From an uncultured virus (IMG/VR IMGVR_UViG_3300004805_000005) (taxonomy: Duplodnaviria; Heunggongvirae; Uroviricota; Caudoviricetes): a stretch of DNA of 64,000 bases. The notes under the pieces are model-generated. The model was given only the letters and a program-made list of their open reading frames with translations, did not search any database and was not told the origin of the DNA. Location of the stretch: the IMG/VR virus record IMGVR_UViG_3300004805_000005; one strand, 5' to 3'. Position 1 is the first letter of the stretch; each line of letters begins with the position of its first letter. Below are positions 18,839 through 28,194 of this stretch, one piece after another. The position numbers were made by a program, and so were the translations under genes.

Positions 18839-19918
18839 AGTATATATTTAAACCTAAAGAAGAATAGCAAACGATATAAAGTTCACCGGCTAAAGAGACA
18901 TCTAATATATGTATATGGAGAAGATCGGGGAATGCAACGATATTATAAAATAATAAGAGGAGCATCTCTGAAATATTTCATATTTAGATTTGGCGTGATA
19001 GAAGGTAACCGTAAATATAAACTATATAGGATGAGAGGAACAAAAGAAGCATATATCACAAAATATGGCGAGGATGAGGGAATCAAAAAATACATAGAAA
19101 AAAATAAAAAACTATCGGTAAGTACTGAATCTCTAAAAAATAACGGTTATACTGATGATGAGATAAAAGACATACAACAAAAACACGCAAAGAATTCCGC
19201 AATAACCAAAGAAAATATGATTCATAACTATGGATTAGAAGAGGGAACGAGGAGATATGAGAATTATACTAACAACACAAGAGTTAGTGTTAGGTCTATT
19301 GATGAATTAATATCACGTAAAGGTTTATCATTAGAAGACGCGAAGTTATATGTAAAACAAATACAACGTAGAGATTTACCATTTTTTATCAAAAAATACG
19401 GAACAATAATAGGAAAAGACAAATACCAGAAAGCGACCATTAAAAAGGCATACGCAAATACAGAAGAATATTATAAAAATATATATGGAGAAGGGACCGG
19501 AAAAGAAATATGGAAAGAGGTTGTCCACAAAAGAATGTCAATCGGATCTGATTCTAAACCACAGATAGAATTTGCTATGAATATATATAATAGGTTAAAT
19601 CAAAAGACAAAATCAAGGTTTATTGGGATGCCAATAACAAAATCTTGTATTATATATTTCGAGAAAAATAAATATAACCTGAACTATTGTATTCCAGATG
19701 TTATAATAGATAAAAATATCATAGAATTTGATGGAGATTATTGGCATACACTACCAAATATATTAGAACGGGATATACAGAAAACGGTTCTATTGATATC
19801 GATGGGATATCAAATAATACGAGTTAAGTATTCAGATTACATAAAAAATAAAAATTCATCTGATTTTTATGATAAAATTACAGAACAATGCAATATAAAG
19901 GAAATAAATGAAAATTAA
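18836..19918 (+). CDS. Free-standing homing endonuclease, Vsr/DUF559-like PD-(D/E)xK C-terminal domain
   Basis: PD...IIEFDGDYWH...RD...GYQIIRV; six (Y/F)GxxxGxxx(Y/W) repeats in the N-terminal region; lies between the intein halves. Confidence 0.8.
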   Translation: MSIYLNLKKNSKRYKVHRLKRHLIYVYGEDRGMQRYYKIIRGASLKYFIFRFGVIEGNRKYKLYRMRGTKEAYITKYGEDEGIKKYIEKNKKLSVSTESLKNNGYTDDEIKDIQQKHAKNSAITKENMIHNYGLEEGTRRYENYTNNTRVSVRSIDELISRKGLSLEDAKLYVKQIQRRDLPFFIKKYGTIIGKDKYQKATIKKAYANTEEYYKNIYGEGTGKEIWKEVVHKRMSIGSDSKPQIEFAMNIYNRLNQKTKSRFIGMPITKSCIIYFEKNKYNLNYCIPDVIIDKNIIEFDGDYWHTLPNILERDIQKTVLLISMGYQIIRVKYSDYIKNKNSSDFYDKITEQCNIKEINEN

Positions 19919-20012
19919 AACAATAAAACGAGGAATATCCACTCTAACCCTAGACATAGAAGTAGCCGATTCACACACATATCAGTTATCTAATGGATGT
20001 ATAACTCATAAC
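19908..20012 (+). mobile_element. Split intein C-fragment (35 aa)
   Basis: Basic MKIKTIK start, block F DIEV, block G THN, +1 Thr. Confidence 0.9.
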
Positions 20013-20624
20013 ACTACCAGTCTGATGCTAGGCACTGCCAGTGGCATTCATCCACACCATGCCAGAACATACTTCCGTAGGATTCAATGCAATAAAGAAG
20101 ATAATGTTTATAAACATTTCAAAACATATAATCCTCATGCAATTGAACCAAGTGTCTGGAGTTCAACGAAGACTGATGATGTGGTTACTTTTCCATTAAC
20201 AATCTCGGATAAAGCTATGGTTAAGGAAGATCTAACGGCACTACAGCATCTTCAATATATATTGAATACGCAGAAGAACTGGGTGCTGAATGGAGAGACA
20301 GAAGCGAACAAGAAGAACATTCACCATAACGTATCTTGTACGGTAATCGTAGATACTCCAGAGTGGGATGATGTTATTAAGTTTATCTTCGAACACAAGC
20401 AATATTTCACGGCTGTTGCCTTCTTGCCTAAGATGGGAGACAAGATATATAAACAAGCTCCTAATGAAGCGATAACAACACCAGAAGATGAATTAACATT
20501 TAATAACTTGAAAAATCACTGGAAGCGTGTAGAATATACAAAGATGAACGAAGACCAAGACGTTACTGAACTACAGAAAGAAGTGGCCTGTTCGGGAGGG
20601 GTTTGCGAACTCACAAGGATATAA
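19908..20624 (+). CDS. nrdJ: Split-intein C half fused to the NrdJ C-terminal part
   Basis: MKIKTIKR...LDIEV...ITHN|TTSLMLGTASGIHP, HNVSCT and terminal CSGGVCE. Confidence 0.9.
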   Translation: MKIKTIKRGISTLTLDIEVADSHTYQLSNGCITHNTTSLMLGTASGIHPHHARTYFRRIQCNKEDNVYKHFKTYNPHAIEPSVWSSTKTDDVVTFPLTISDKAMVKEDLTALQHLQYILNTQKNWVLNGETEANKKNIHHNVSCTVIVDTPEWDDVIKFIFEHKQYFTAVAFLPKMGDKIYKQAPNEAITTPEDELTFNNLKNHWKRVEYTKMNEDQDVTELQKEVACSGGVCELTRI

Positions 20625-20625
20625 T

Positions 20626-20829
20626 ATGACAGACATAAAAACACCATTTGAGAGACGTTTAGATGATATGGAAGCCGATATCAGTAAAATTAAAGATATC
20701 GTAGAACAGCTACATATAGATATGATGGATTGTAAAGAAGCCTTTGAGCATAATGATGATAGTTTAACAAATCTACGAACGATTGTTAACGATCTTGCTA
20801 AAGCTCTTCCTTCAGAAGTAACCGTATAA
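20626..20829 (+). CDS. Small coiled-coil hypothetical protein
   Basis: 67-aa ORF filling the gap between nrdJ-C and gp46 with tight coupling. Confidence 0.55.
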   Translation: MTDIKTPFERRLDDMEADISKIKDIVEQLHIDMMDCKEAFEHNDDSLTNLRTIVNDLAKALPSEVTV

Positions 20830-22661
20830 TGAAAGAAGTTATATTCAAAACCCTGTCGATAAAGAATTTCCTGTCAATTGGGGATGAACCAATTGATATT
20901 AAATTTGAAACTGGATTGCATATTATAACTGGTATCAATAAAGACAAAGAAGATGGGAAAAACGGAACAGGTAAAAGTTCTATTGTTGATGCCTTCTTCT
21001 TTGTTTTATATGGTACTCCATTAAGACCCATCAAGAAAGATAGCATTACCAACTGGATCAACAAAAAGGAATGTAGCGTTACGTCTACATTCAACGTAAT
21101 TGATGACGGCAAAACAGACGAGTATACTTTATTACGAGCATTGAATCCTTCTCGTATTCAGTTGATAAAGAATGGAGAAGATATTTCCCGCACTATCGGA
21201 AAGACTAATGATAATATATCTGAAATTCTAGGCACAACGCCAGATATGCTTTCTCAGAGCGTAATTACTTGCCTAAACGAGACAGAACCTTTCCTATCAA
21301 AGACCCCAGCAGTTAAGCGTAAATTTATTGAAGATATCTTCAAGATTGAAATATTTGGTAAGATGACGCAATTCATACGCAATGAGTATAATGAAACAAA
21401 GCGTCTATATGATTTTGAATTAGAAAAAATCTCTGATATAGAGTCGAATATCAATCTACACAAAAAGCAACAAAATGAGCAAACCGAAAAGAAGAGAATC
21501 AGAATCAATGATCTAGAATCACGCAAAGACTCCACACTAGAAGAAATCGAGCATTTAAAGGAAAAGATAAAGGAGTCACAAGAAAAGGTAACTGCCACAA
21601 ATAGTTCTGATATATCTACCAAGATAACTTCTCTCAAAACAAAAGAAAAAGAAGTAATAGAAGCAGACAAACAGAACATAAAAACTCTTACCATCAATCA
21701 AACAACGATCATCAACTTAAAGAATGACATTAGAGAGCTTGAGAAGGTAGCCGATGGATTTTGTGTTCATTGCAAACAACCGTTTTCAGAATCAAATAAA
21801 GAAGAAAAACGGAAATTAATATCAGAAAAGCGTAATGATATTATAATCTGTTCAGATTTGGTCAATACTATTGAAGAAAAATTAAAACAAACGCAGAAGA
21901 CTAAAAACGATATAGAAGACTTGATAGAAGAGTTGAATATGTCCTTACGGGCTATAAATGCAAGTCAATCAGAATTAGTTAGACTAAACTCTGACTTGAA
22001 ACAACAAGAGAAGCTGTTAAACCAAACCATAGGTGACATAGCCAACATAAATAAGGATTCTCCATCATTCGATGGTATCATAAATGAATTGACAACCAGA
22101 AAAGATTCACTAACAATAACAGCTAATGAATATAAGAATAAGTTAGTAATAATTGAATCCAGCAAGTTTATCGTATCCGATGAAGGTGTTAAGAGTTTTA
22201 TTATAAAAAAGATGTTGAAAATGTTGAATGGTAGACTAAGTTATTACCTAATACAGTTAGACGCACCCGGAAGTTGTCAGTTTAATGAATATTTCGAAGA
22301 GACTATGGTAAACAATAGAGGAAAGGAATGTTCATACTTCAACTTTTCAAGCGGAGAACGAAAGAGGTTTGACTTAGGAATGCTATATACTTTTAAGGAT
22401 ATTAGAAGATTGCAGTCTAATGTATCTATTAATGTTGGTATATATGATGAACTCTTAGATACTGCACTAGATGCTAATGGAATAGAAGCAGCTTTAACCA
22501 TCTTAAAAGAACGTGTATTAAACCATAAAGAAGCTATATATGTCATAAGCCATAAAAAAGAAGCGGCAAAACACGCTACTGGCGAAGTAATATATCTAGA
22601 AAAAGAAAATGACATAACAAGAAGGAAACCCCATGAATACTCAGCAATATCAACCAATTAA
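20829..22661 (+). CDS. gp46: gp46 / Rad50-SbcC-like ATPase
   Basis: KNFLSIG, NGTGKS, coiled coil with CVHC zinc hook, FSSGE, YDE and ISH. Confidence 0.92.
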   Translation: MKEVIFKTLSIKNFLSIGDEPIDIKFETGLHIITGINKDKEDGKNGTGKSSIVDAFFFVLYGTPLRPIKKDSITNWINKKECSVTSTFNVIDDGKTDEYTLLRALNPSRIQLIKNGEDISRTIGKTNDNISEILGTTPDMLSQSVITCLNETEPFLSKTPAVKRKFIEDIFKIEIFGKMTQFIRNEYNETKRLYDFELEKISDIESNINLHKKQQNEQTEKKRIRINDLESRKDSTLEEIEHLKEKIKESQEKVTATNSSDISTKITSLKTKEKEVIEADKQNIKTLTINQTTIINLKNDIRELEKVADGFCVHCKQPFSESNKEEKRKLISEKRNDIIICSDLVNTIEEKLKQTQKTKNDIEDLIEELNMSLRAINASQSELVRLNSDLKQQEKLLNQTIGDIANINKDSPSFDGIINELTTRKDSLTITANEYKNKLVIIESSKFIVSDEGVKSFIIKKMLKMLNGRLSYYLIQLDAPGSCQFNEYFEETMVNNRGKECSYFNFSSGERKRFDLGMLYTFKDIRRLQSNVSINVGIYDELLDTALDANGIEAALTILKERVLNHKEAIYVISHKKEAAKHATGEVIYLEKENDITRRKPHEYSAISTN

Positions 22662-23886
22662 AATAAACACACTAGGAAGCGTAATGGGACGACCAATTGG
22701 GTTACCCATGCAACAGTATGGTGCAATGCCAGTTATGGCCCAGCATGAGCCACCTCCTCTCGAAATGCCGGGGCAGGGTCTATCTCGTGCTATAAACTAC
22801 TATGCCGATTATGCTGGGTGTGGCTGGTGGCGTATGATCGCTCCTGAAATGTTGATGAATATTAATAACAGAGCTGTTGTCTGTGGTTTAACTACTATGG
22901 TACTAGATCCACGATTCTATGCTGGAATAAAGGCAGTTCGTTTACAGAGACAGGCTACGCCAGTACAGTTGCAATTCTTGAAATTCTTGAAACAAGGTTC
23001 TGTACAACACAATTTCAAAATAATATATGAGATTGACGATATTATTGTAAAACATGATATTCCTGACTACAATCGTTGTAAGGTAGCATTTGAGAGCGAT
23101 GAGATTATGAACAGTTGTATCGAAATGATGCAGATGTCTGATGAAATTAGTGTAACCTGTCAGTATATGAAGGAATATTATATCAACAAGACCGGAAATA
23201 AGAAAGTTACGGTAATCCCAAATTATCCTGCAAGGATGTGGTTAGATGGACATTATGATCCTAAGAAGATTATAAAAGATTATCAAGATAATAAGAAAAA
23301 ACCCCGTGTTGCATATGTTGGTTCTGGTACACATATCGATGTGATGAATAAAACCAACCAGAAAGATGATTTCGCGCATATCGTAGATGATATCATTTCG
23401 TCTAGAAAGGATATTCAATGGGTATTCGTAGGGGCACACCCATTAGCATGTAAGCCATTTATTGATCGCGGAGAAATGGAGTTTGTACAGTGGTTTCCTT
23501 TATTGGAACTTTGGAAGGCATATACAACCACAAATGTAAATGCAGTTATTGCTCCACTACAGAATAACGTATTCAATAGTGCTAAATCTAATATTAAGTT
23601 CTTGGAAGCAGCTACTGCCGGTATCCCCGGAATTTTCCAAGATATGATCACATATAAAGACGCACCCCTACGTTTTACTACTGGTTCGGAGTTAGTTGAT
23701 CAGATCAAGGCTTTGACCAAGGATGAGAATACATATATGAAGTTCTCGAAGAAGGCTCGTGAGTATGCGGATGGGTGCTGGTTGGATGACCATCTTGATG
23801 AGTTTGTTGAACTGTATTATACAAATATTGGAGATAAGGGTAGAATTGCATTATTGAAGAACAATCCAGATCAGAAAATCATATAA
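22633..23886 (+). CDS. GT-B fold glycosyltransferase-like protein
   Basis: GCGWWR, YEIDD, IAPL..N.FN.AKSNIKFLEAATAGIP. Confidence 0.75.
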   Translation: MNTQQYQPIKINTLGSVMGRPIGLPMQQYGAMPVMAQHEPPPLEMPGQGLSRAINYYADYAGCGWWRMIAPEMLMNINNRAVVCGLTTMVLDPRFYAGIKAVRLQRQATPVQLQFLKFLKQGSVQHNFKIIYEIDDIIVKHDIPDYNRCKVAFESDEIMNSCIEMMQMSDEISVTCQYMKEYYINKTGNKKVTVIPNYPARMWLDGHYDPKKIIKDYQDNKKKPRVAYVGSGTHIDVMNKTNQKDDFAHIVDDIISSRKDIQWVFVGAHPLACKPFIDRGEMEFVQWFPLLELWKAYTTTNVNAVIAPLQNNVFNSAKSNIKFLEAATAGIPGIFQDMITYKDAPLRFTTGSELVDQIKALTKDENTYMKFSKKAREYADGCWLDDHLDEFVELYYTNIGDKGRIALLKNNPDQKII

Positions 23887-23894
23887 TTTATCCC

Positions 23895-23923
23895 TTGATA
23901 AATCCTAAGATATCGAGTATCAT
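23895..23923 (+). promoter_or_regulatory. Sigma70-type promoter for polymerase N-half (probably leaderless mRNA)
   Basis: TTGATA-N17-TATCAT; ATG at 23930 with no SD. Confidence 0.55.
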
Positions 23924-23929
23924 ATATAC

Positions 23930-25456
23930 ATGAATAAATTTGGGTATAGAACTGTCTGGTACAATCCCAGAAAGAAATGTGTTCATTTATGGACATGGGA
24001 TGATGAAGGGAATCGTATTGAACGAACAGAACCATTTAATCCTTATCTTTTCTTAGAAACTACATCTACACCAGATGCAGTTTCTATTTATGATACCAAT
24101 CTAAAGAAGATAACATTTCCTAGCCAGTTTGAACGTAGACGCTATGTAAAGGAATGTGGAGTCAAACGCCTATTCTATAATCTTAGGGCGGAACAACAGT
24201 TTCTATTAGATGGCTATCTTGGATTAAACGAAACCCCAGATTTCTCAAAAAATCCACTAAAGATCGGAACTCTGGATATTGAAGTTTTTTCTCCAAGCGA
24301 ATTTCCGATAGCCGAAGAAGCAAATCATCCTATCAATCTAATAACTTTTCATGATTCGTTAAATGATAGATATCATACATTCGGACTCAACCAAGAATAT
24401 ACCCCCAAGCTTCCTAATGTAACGTACTATAACTGTAAAACCGAAGAAGATTTATTAAACAAATTCCTAGATGTGTGGTCTTCAGATTACCCAGATATTT
24501 TAACTGGATGGAATACTGACGGATTTGATATTCCATACATAATAAATCGAATTACTAAAATACTAGGCGAAGACGAAGCCAAGAAGTTATCTCCGGTGGG
24601 TAACATATATTTTAAAGATAATGTATCACAGAAATTCGGAGAAAAGGTTGGTAAGTGGATTATTAGCGGAATAAACTGCTTAGATTATATAGAGATATAT
24701 AAAACATTTACTCGTGAAAAGCGAGAACAATATAAATTGGATTTCATAGGGAACTTTGAATTAAAAGAAGGTAAGCTAGGTTATAACGCAGTTAGTTTAG
24801 CCAAATTATCTATATCTGATTGGGCATCCTTTGTAGATTATAATATACAAGACGTAAACATTGTATGTAAGCTTGAAAATAAGCTTAGATATATAAAAAC
24901 AATGAGAATTATCTCGCACAAAGGTTTCTGTAATATGGAAGATACCTTGGGTAAGGTAACCGTGGTGAATGGAGCTATGGCGGCACAGGCATTAAAGCGT
25001 AATAAGATATTAGCTACCTTCGTAAATGATAAGATGGCGGATTATGATGGTGGATTTGTAAAGGAAATTGAACCGGGTATTGTTGAGGCTGTAGTTACTT
25101 TTGACGCTAATAGCCTTTACCCAAACACAATTATCACATTAAACATGTCACCGGAAACCAAAATAGGCAAGGTTACTGAGATAGATAATGATAAAAATGA
25201 AGTTTGTATAAAATTGATAAATGGCAAAAATTATACTTTAACCAAAGAGAACTTTCTTGGATTTATAGAAAAAGAAAAGGTAGCTATTTCAAAATCTCGT
25301 GTTCTATTCTCTCAGAAGACAAAGGGAATAGTACCTGAATTTGTTGATAACCTATACAACGAGCGTGTTGCGATCCAAAAAGAGATGAAAGCGAAAGAAA
25401 AGGAACTACAAAAAATTACCGAAGAATACACAAAAAAGTATGCAACAAAACCATAA
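23930..25456 (+). CDS. gp43: Family B DNA polymerase, N-terminal part (exonuclease, motif A, first fingers helix)
   Basis: LDIEV, GWNTDGFD, YNIQDV, YDGGFV, FDANSLYP and GIVP...YNER. Confidence 0.92.
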   Translation: MNKFGYRTVWYNPRKKCVHLWTWDDEGNRIERTEPFNPYLFLETTSTPDAVSIYDTNLKKITFPSQFERRRYVKECGVKRLFYNLRAEQQFLLDGYLGLNETPDFSKNPLKIGTLDIEVFSPSEFPIAEEANHPINLITFHDSLNDRYHTFGLNQEYTPKLPNVTYYNCKTEEDLLNKFLDVWSSDYPDILTGWNTDGFDIPYIINRITKILGEDEAKKLSPVGNIYFKDNVSQKFGEKVGKWIISGINCLDYIEIYKTFTREKREQYKLDFIGNFELKEGKLGYNAVSLAKLSISDWASFVDYNIQDVNIVCKLENKLRYIKTMRIISHKGFCNMEDTLGKVTVVNGAMAAQALKRNKILATFVNDKMADYDGGFVKEIEPGIVEAVVTFDANSLYPNTIITLNMSPETKIGKVTEIDNDKNEVCIKLINGKNYTLTKENFLGFIEKEKVAISKSRVLFSQKTKGIVPEFVDNLYNERVAIQKEMKAKEKELQKITEEYTKKYATKP

Positions 25457-25501
25457 ATACTTTTGTATAGTATTGTATTGCAATATTATTAAGGAGTATA
25501 T
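25453..25501 (+). promoter_or_regulatory. Late promoter plus SD-sequestering hairpin for the HNH gene
   Basis: ATAAATACTT (25453-25462); ATACTTTT (25457-25464) can pair with AGGAGTAT (25492-25499, G-U pairs allowed), enclosing an inner TAGTATTG/CAATATTA stem. Confidence 0.6.
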
Positions 25502-26665
25502 ATGGAAGAGATAGACATAATAACATGGATACGAGAAAATTTATCATCAAAAAGAAAAGTAATTAACCCAAATTACACACGAAATAATTTCAAATTCATC
25601 AAAACAAAATATCCAGAAATGTGGAATACACTAAATGGAAGAACAATAACAATTGATGATAAAATATATTCATTTGAAGATAAACTATTAATACCAAACC
25701 CAATAATAAATGGAATATGTATAGGAACTGCATATTATTTCAAGAATAAAAACATGCAAAAGTTATTGTCAACTTTGGATCATAGTAAATATATATCATT
25801 TAATGAAATAGTTGATGCATGTATATCACTAAAATTATCTGGAATACGCTTAATGCTGATAGCTAAAAAGGCATATCCAGAAATATATGAAAAAATAAAG
25901 AAAATATATAAAATAACAAAAAACGAAAGCGAATCAGTATATTGCTTCCGTAAGAATATAAAACCACTATACATAAATGGAACCCACCTAAACTTTCAAT
26001 ATCTTTATGGTGGATATTCTTATGAGAATCTATACTTTATATATATTAATAACAAACATAATTTATTGAATATGTTACGTGAAATGTACAAAGAAGATTC
26101 ATATAAACTGGTTACATTTATTAAATTATATTTACCAGAAATAAAGAGTAGAATAGAAACCCACGAAATATCTATACATGCTAAGAATATTGACGAAAAA
26201 ATACATATATTAGTTAATGATCTATTCGAGCAACCAACTTGTTTAATGTGTGGACAGTATACAAAGTTTATTACCCTAACTACAGGATATCATAATTTCT
26301 GTTGCAATAAATGTAGATTAATTTATACTGGCATCGGAAATAGGAAGTATAGAGATCCAAAAAGATGGAATGAATATAATTTATTAGTCGAAAGATATAC
26401 CAATATTACATATAGAAAATTTAAAGATATTATCAATCCAAATAACTATAATCGTTCAATGCTAGATCATAATGTAGATCATATAATCCCAAGATCTTAT
26501 GGTTACGAGAATAACATTGATCCTAGAATAATATCACATGTCAGCAATCTACAGATGCTTCCGCAAAAAGTCAATAAATCTAAAGGGAAGAAAATTATTG
26601 ACAAAACTCTAATAGAACTTATAATGATACTCAAAGAAAGCGATATAAAATACTATGATGAATGA
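25502..26665 (+). CDS. HNH homing endonuclease
   Basis: CLMCG...FCCNKC zinc motif; HNVDHIIP...NLQML...NKSKG. Confidence 0.85.
   Translation: MEEIDIITWIRENLSSKRKVINPNYTRNNFKFIKTKYPEMWNTLNGRTITIDDKIYSFEDKLLIPNPIINGICIGTAYYFKNKNMQKLLSTLDHSKYISFNEIVDACISLKLSGIRLMLIAKKAYPEIYEKIKKIYKITKNESESVYCFRKNIKPLYINGTHLNFQYLYGGYSYENLYFIYINNKHNLLNMLREMYKEDSYKLVTFIKLYLPEIKSRIETHEISIHAKNIDEKIHILVNDLFEQPTCLMCGQYTKFITLTTGYHNFCCNKCRLIYTGIGNRKYRDPKRWNEYNLLVERYTNITYRKFKDIINPNNYNRSMLDHNVDHIIPRSYGYENNIDPRIISHVSNLQMLPQKVNKSKGKKIIDKTLIELIMILKESDIKYYDE
26598..26625 (+). promoter_or_regulatory. Sigma70-type promoter inside the HNH 3' end, driving the polymerase C-half
   Basis: TTGACA (26598-26603)-N16-TATAAT (26620-26625), 29 nt before the ATG at 26655. 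Confidence 0.65.
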
Positions 26666-27770
26666 AGAAGATTATAAGAAAAAAATTATAGAACTGTCTA
26701 GTGATGTCGAGAGATTAAATAATCTACAATTTTCTATAAAAATTTTATTGAATTCAATATATGGGGTATTTGGAAATCAGTTCTCTGCACTATGTGATGT
26801 CGATTGTGCTGAATCTATTACACTTACTGGGCAAGCTGTAATAAAAGAGGCTAGTAGCATATTAGATAAATACGCAAAAGAAAAATACGGGATAGAAGAA
26901 TCGATTACAAAATACGGAGATACTGATTCGGAACATATAACAATAAAACCAATTCTAGATAAATTAAACCAACAGCTATTTGATGAAAATAATACAATAA
27001 ACCCAATAGTATATAAATTAGTAAATGAAATGAACGCTTACTTAAATGAACAGATAAATAATTGGAGCAAAAAAACGTTAAATTCTATTGATTCGAGATT
27101 TATATTTAAACGAGAAGGTATTTGTTCGTCTGGGTTGTATCAATCTAAAAAACACTATATATTACACATTAAAGATAAGGGAGAAAACGATCCCATGCCG
27201 TGTGATATAATAAAGCCGGTTGGTGTAGAATTAGTCAAAAGTACCATGTCAGAAACTGTAAAAGATATGATAAAACAGGTAGTTATGACGATGCTTACGT
27301 CTACTAATAGGGAAAAGACATTAGACACCTATAGAAAAGTATATGAAGAGTTTAAGAACTTGTCTATCGAGAATATCTCGTTTAGGTCTAAAATTGGAAC
27401 ATTTACCAAATACTCAAAGAAATCTATCGGATTTAATTTGTCAAAGCATACCCCAATTGCAGTATCTGGATCTATCTATTATAATACAATAATCAAAGAG
27501 CTTGAACTAACTTCAAAGTACCCACTACTTTCTAGTAATGATCATGTTAGGTGGGTATATTGTTTGTCCAATAACAAATATAATATAAAAAATATAGCAT
27601 TTTTGGACACTATACCAGAAGAATTCGTTGACATAAAACCGGACTATGATATAATGTTTAAGAAGCTACTAGAACCGGCAATCAAACGTCTGTTCATATG
27701 TGCGAAGTGGAAAATGTCGAATTTGCAAGCAGAATATACAGTAGATCTGCTTGACTTATTTAAAGAATAG
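26655..27770 (+). CDS. gp43: Family B DNA polymerase, C-terminal part (motifs B and C, thumb)
   Basis: KILLNSIYG, ITLTGQ, YGDTDS, FKRE, KKHY and GVELVKS. Confidence 0.92.
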   Translation: MMNEEDYKKKIIELSSDVERLNNLQFSIKILLNSIYGVFGNQFSALCDVDCAESITLTGQAVIKEASSILDKYAKEKYGIEESITKYGDTDSEHITIKPILDKLNQQLFDENNTINPIVYKLVNEMNAYLNEQINNWSKKTLNSIDSRFIFKREGICSSGLYQSKKHYILHIKDKGENDPMPCDIIKPVGVELVKSTMSETVKDMIKQVVMTMLTSTNREKTLDTYRKVYEEFKNLSIENISFRSKIGTFTKYSKKSIGFNLSKHTPIAVSGSIYYNTIIKELELTSKYPLLSSNDHVRWVYCLSNNKYNIKNIAFLDTIPEEFVDIKPDYDIMFKKLLEPAIKRLFICAKWKMSNLQAEYTVDLLDLFKE

Positions 27771-27801
27771 ATTAGTATATGAATATAAGGAGAAACAAGA
27801 T

Positions 27802-28194
27802 ATGGCGAATAAGAACCTAGTTACATTTCTAGACGCTGCACAGCGTACAATCATTGCTGAACTAGCCACCGATACGGCAGAGGCAATTACAGTAAATAAC
27901 CCAGTGGTGGTTAATATCGTACCCCAGTATGATGAGATAAGTGGAAAGCCCACAGGTCAAATGGCACTTCAGTTGCTTCCTGTGTATTTCCGTGAGTTTC
28001 AGGGAGAGAAGAAGAATCCTGCGGTATTTACATATACGAAGAATACAATCACTCAGATATCATTTGAGGGTGGTTTTGATTTCCGTCTATATGGACAGTA
28101 CGATCATATTTTCAACCCCCAGCCTTCGGCACCTGCCGCTCCCGCTGGTGGAAGTGCTCCCATATTAAAGTTGTTTGATGAGGAAACCAAGTAA
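27802..28194 (+). CDS. Hypothetical protein, possible Sm-like beta fold
   Basis: AAGGAG SD before the ATG at 27802; TTGACT-N16-TAGTAT at 27751-27778; RTIIAEL...ITVNNPV pattern. Confidence 0.55.
   Translation: MANKNLVTFLDAAQRTIIAELATDTAEAITVNNPVVVNIVPQYDEISGKPTGQMALQLLPVYFREFQGEKKNPAVFTYTKNTITQISFEGGFDFRLYGQYDHIFNPQPSAPAAPAGGSAPILKLFDEETK

Noticed and set aside
25457..26654. Group I intron interrupting the DNA polymerase
   Set aside because: Only 45 nt of non-coding sequence, the HNH ORF overlaps the downstream half, I see no P7-like core, and the C-half has its own promoter and start. RT-PCR would be the final test.
25300..26760. Split intein in the DNA polymerase
   Set aside because: No Cys/Ser-initiated block A at the end of the N-half and no His-Asn plus nucleophile near the start of the C-half.
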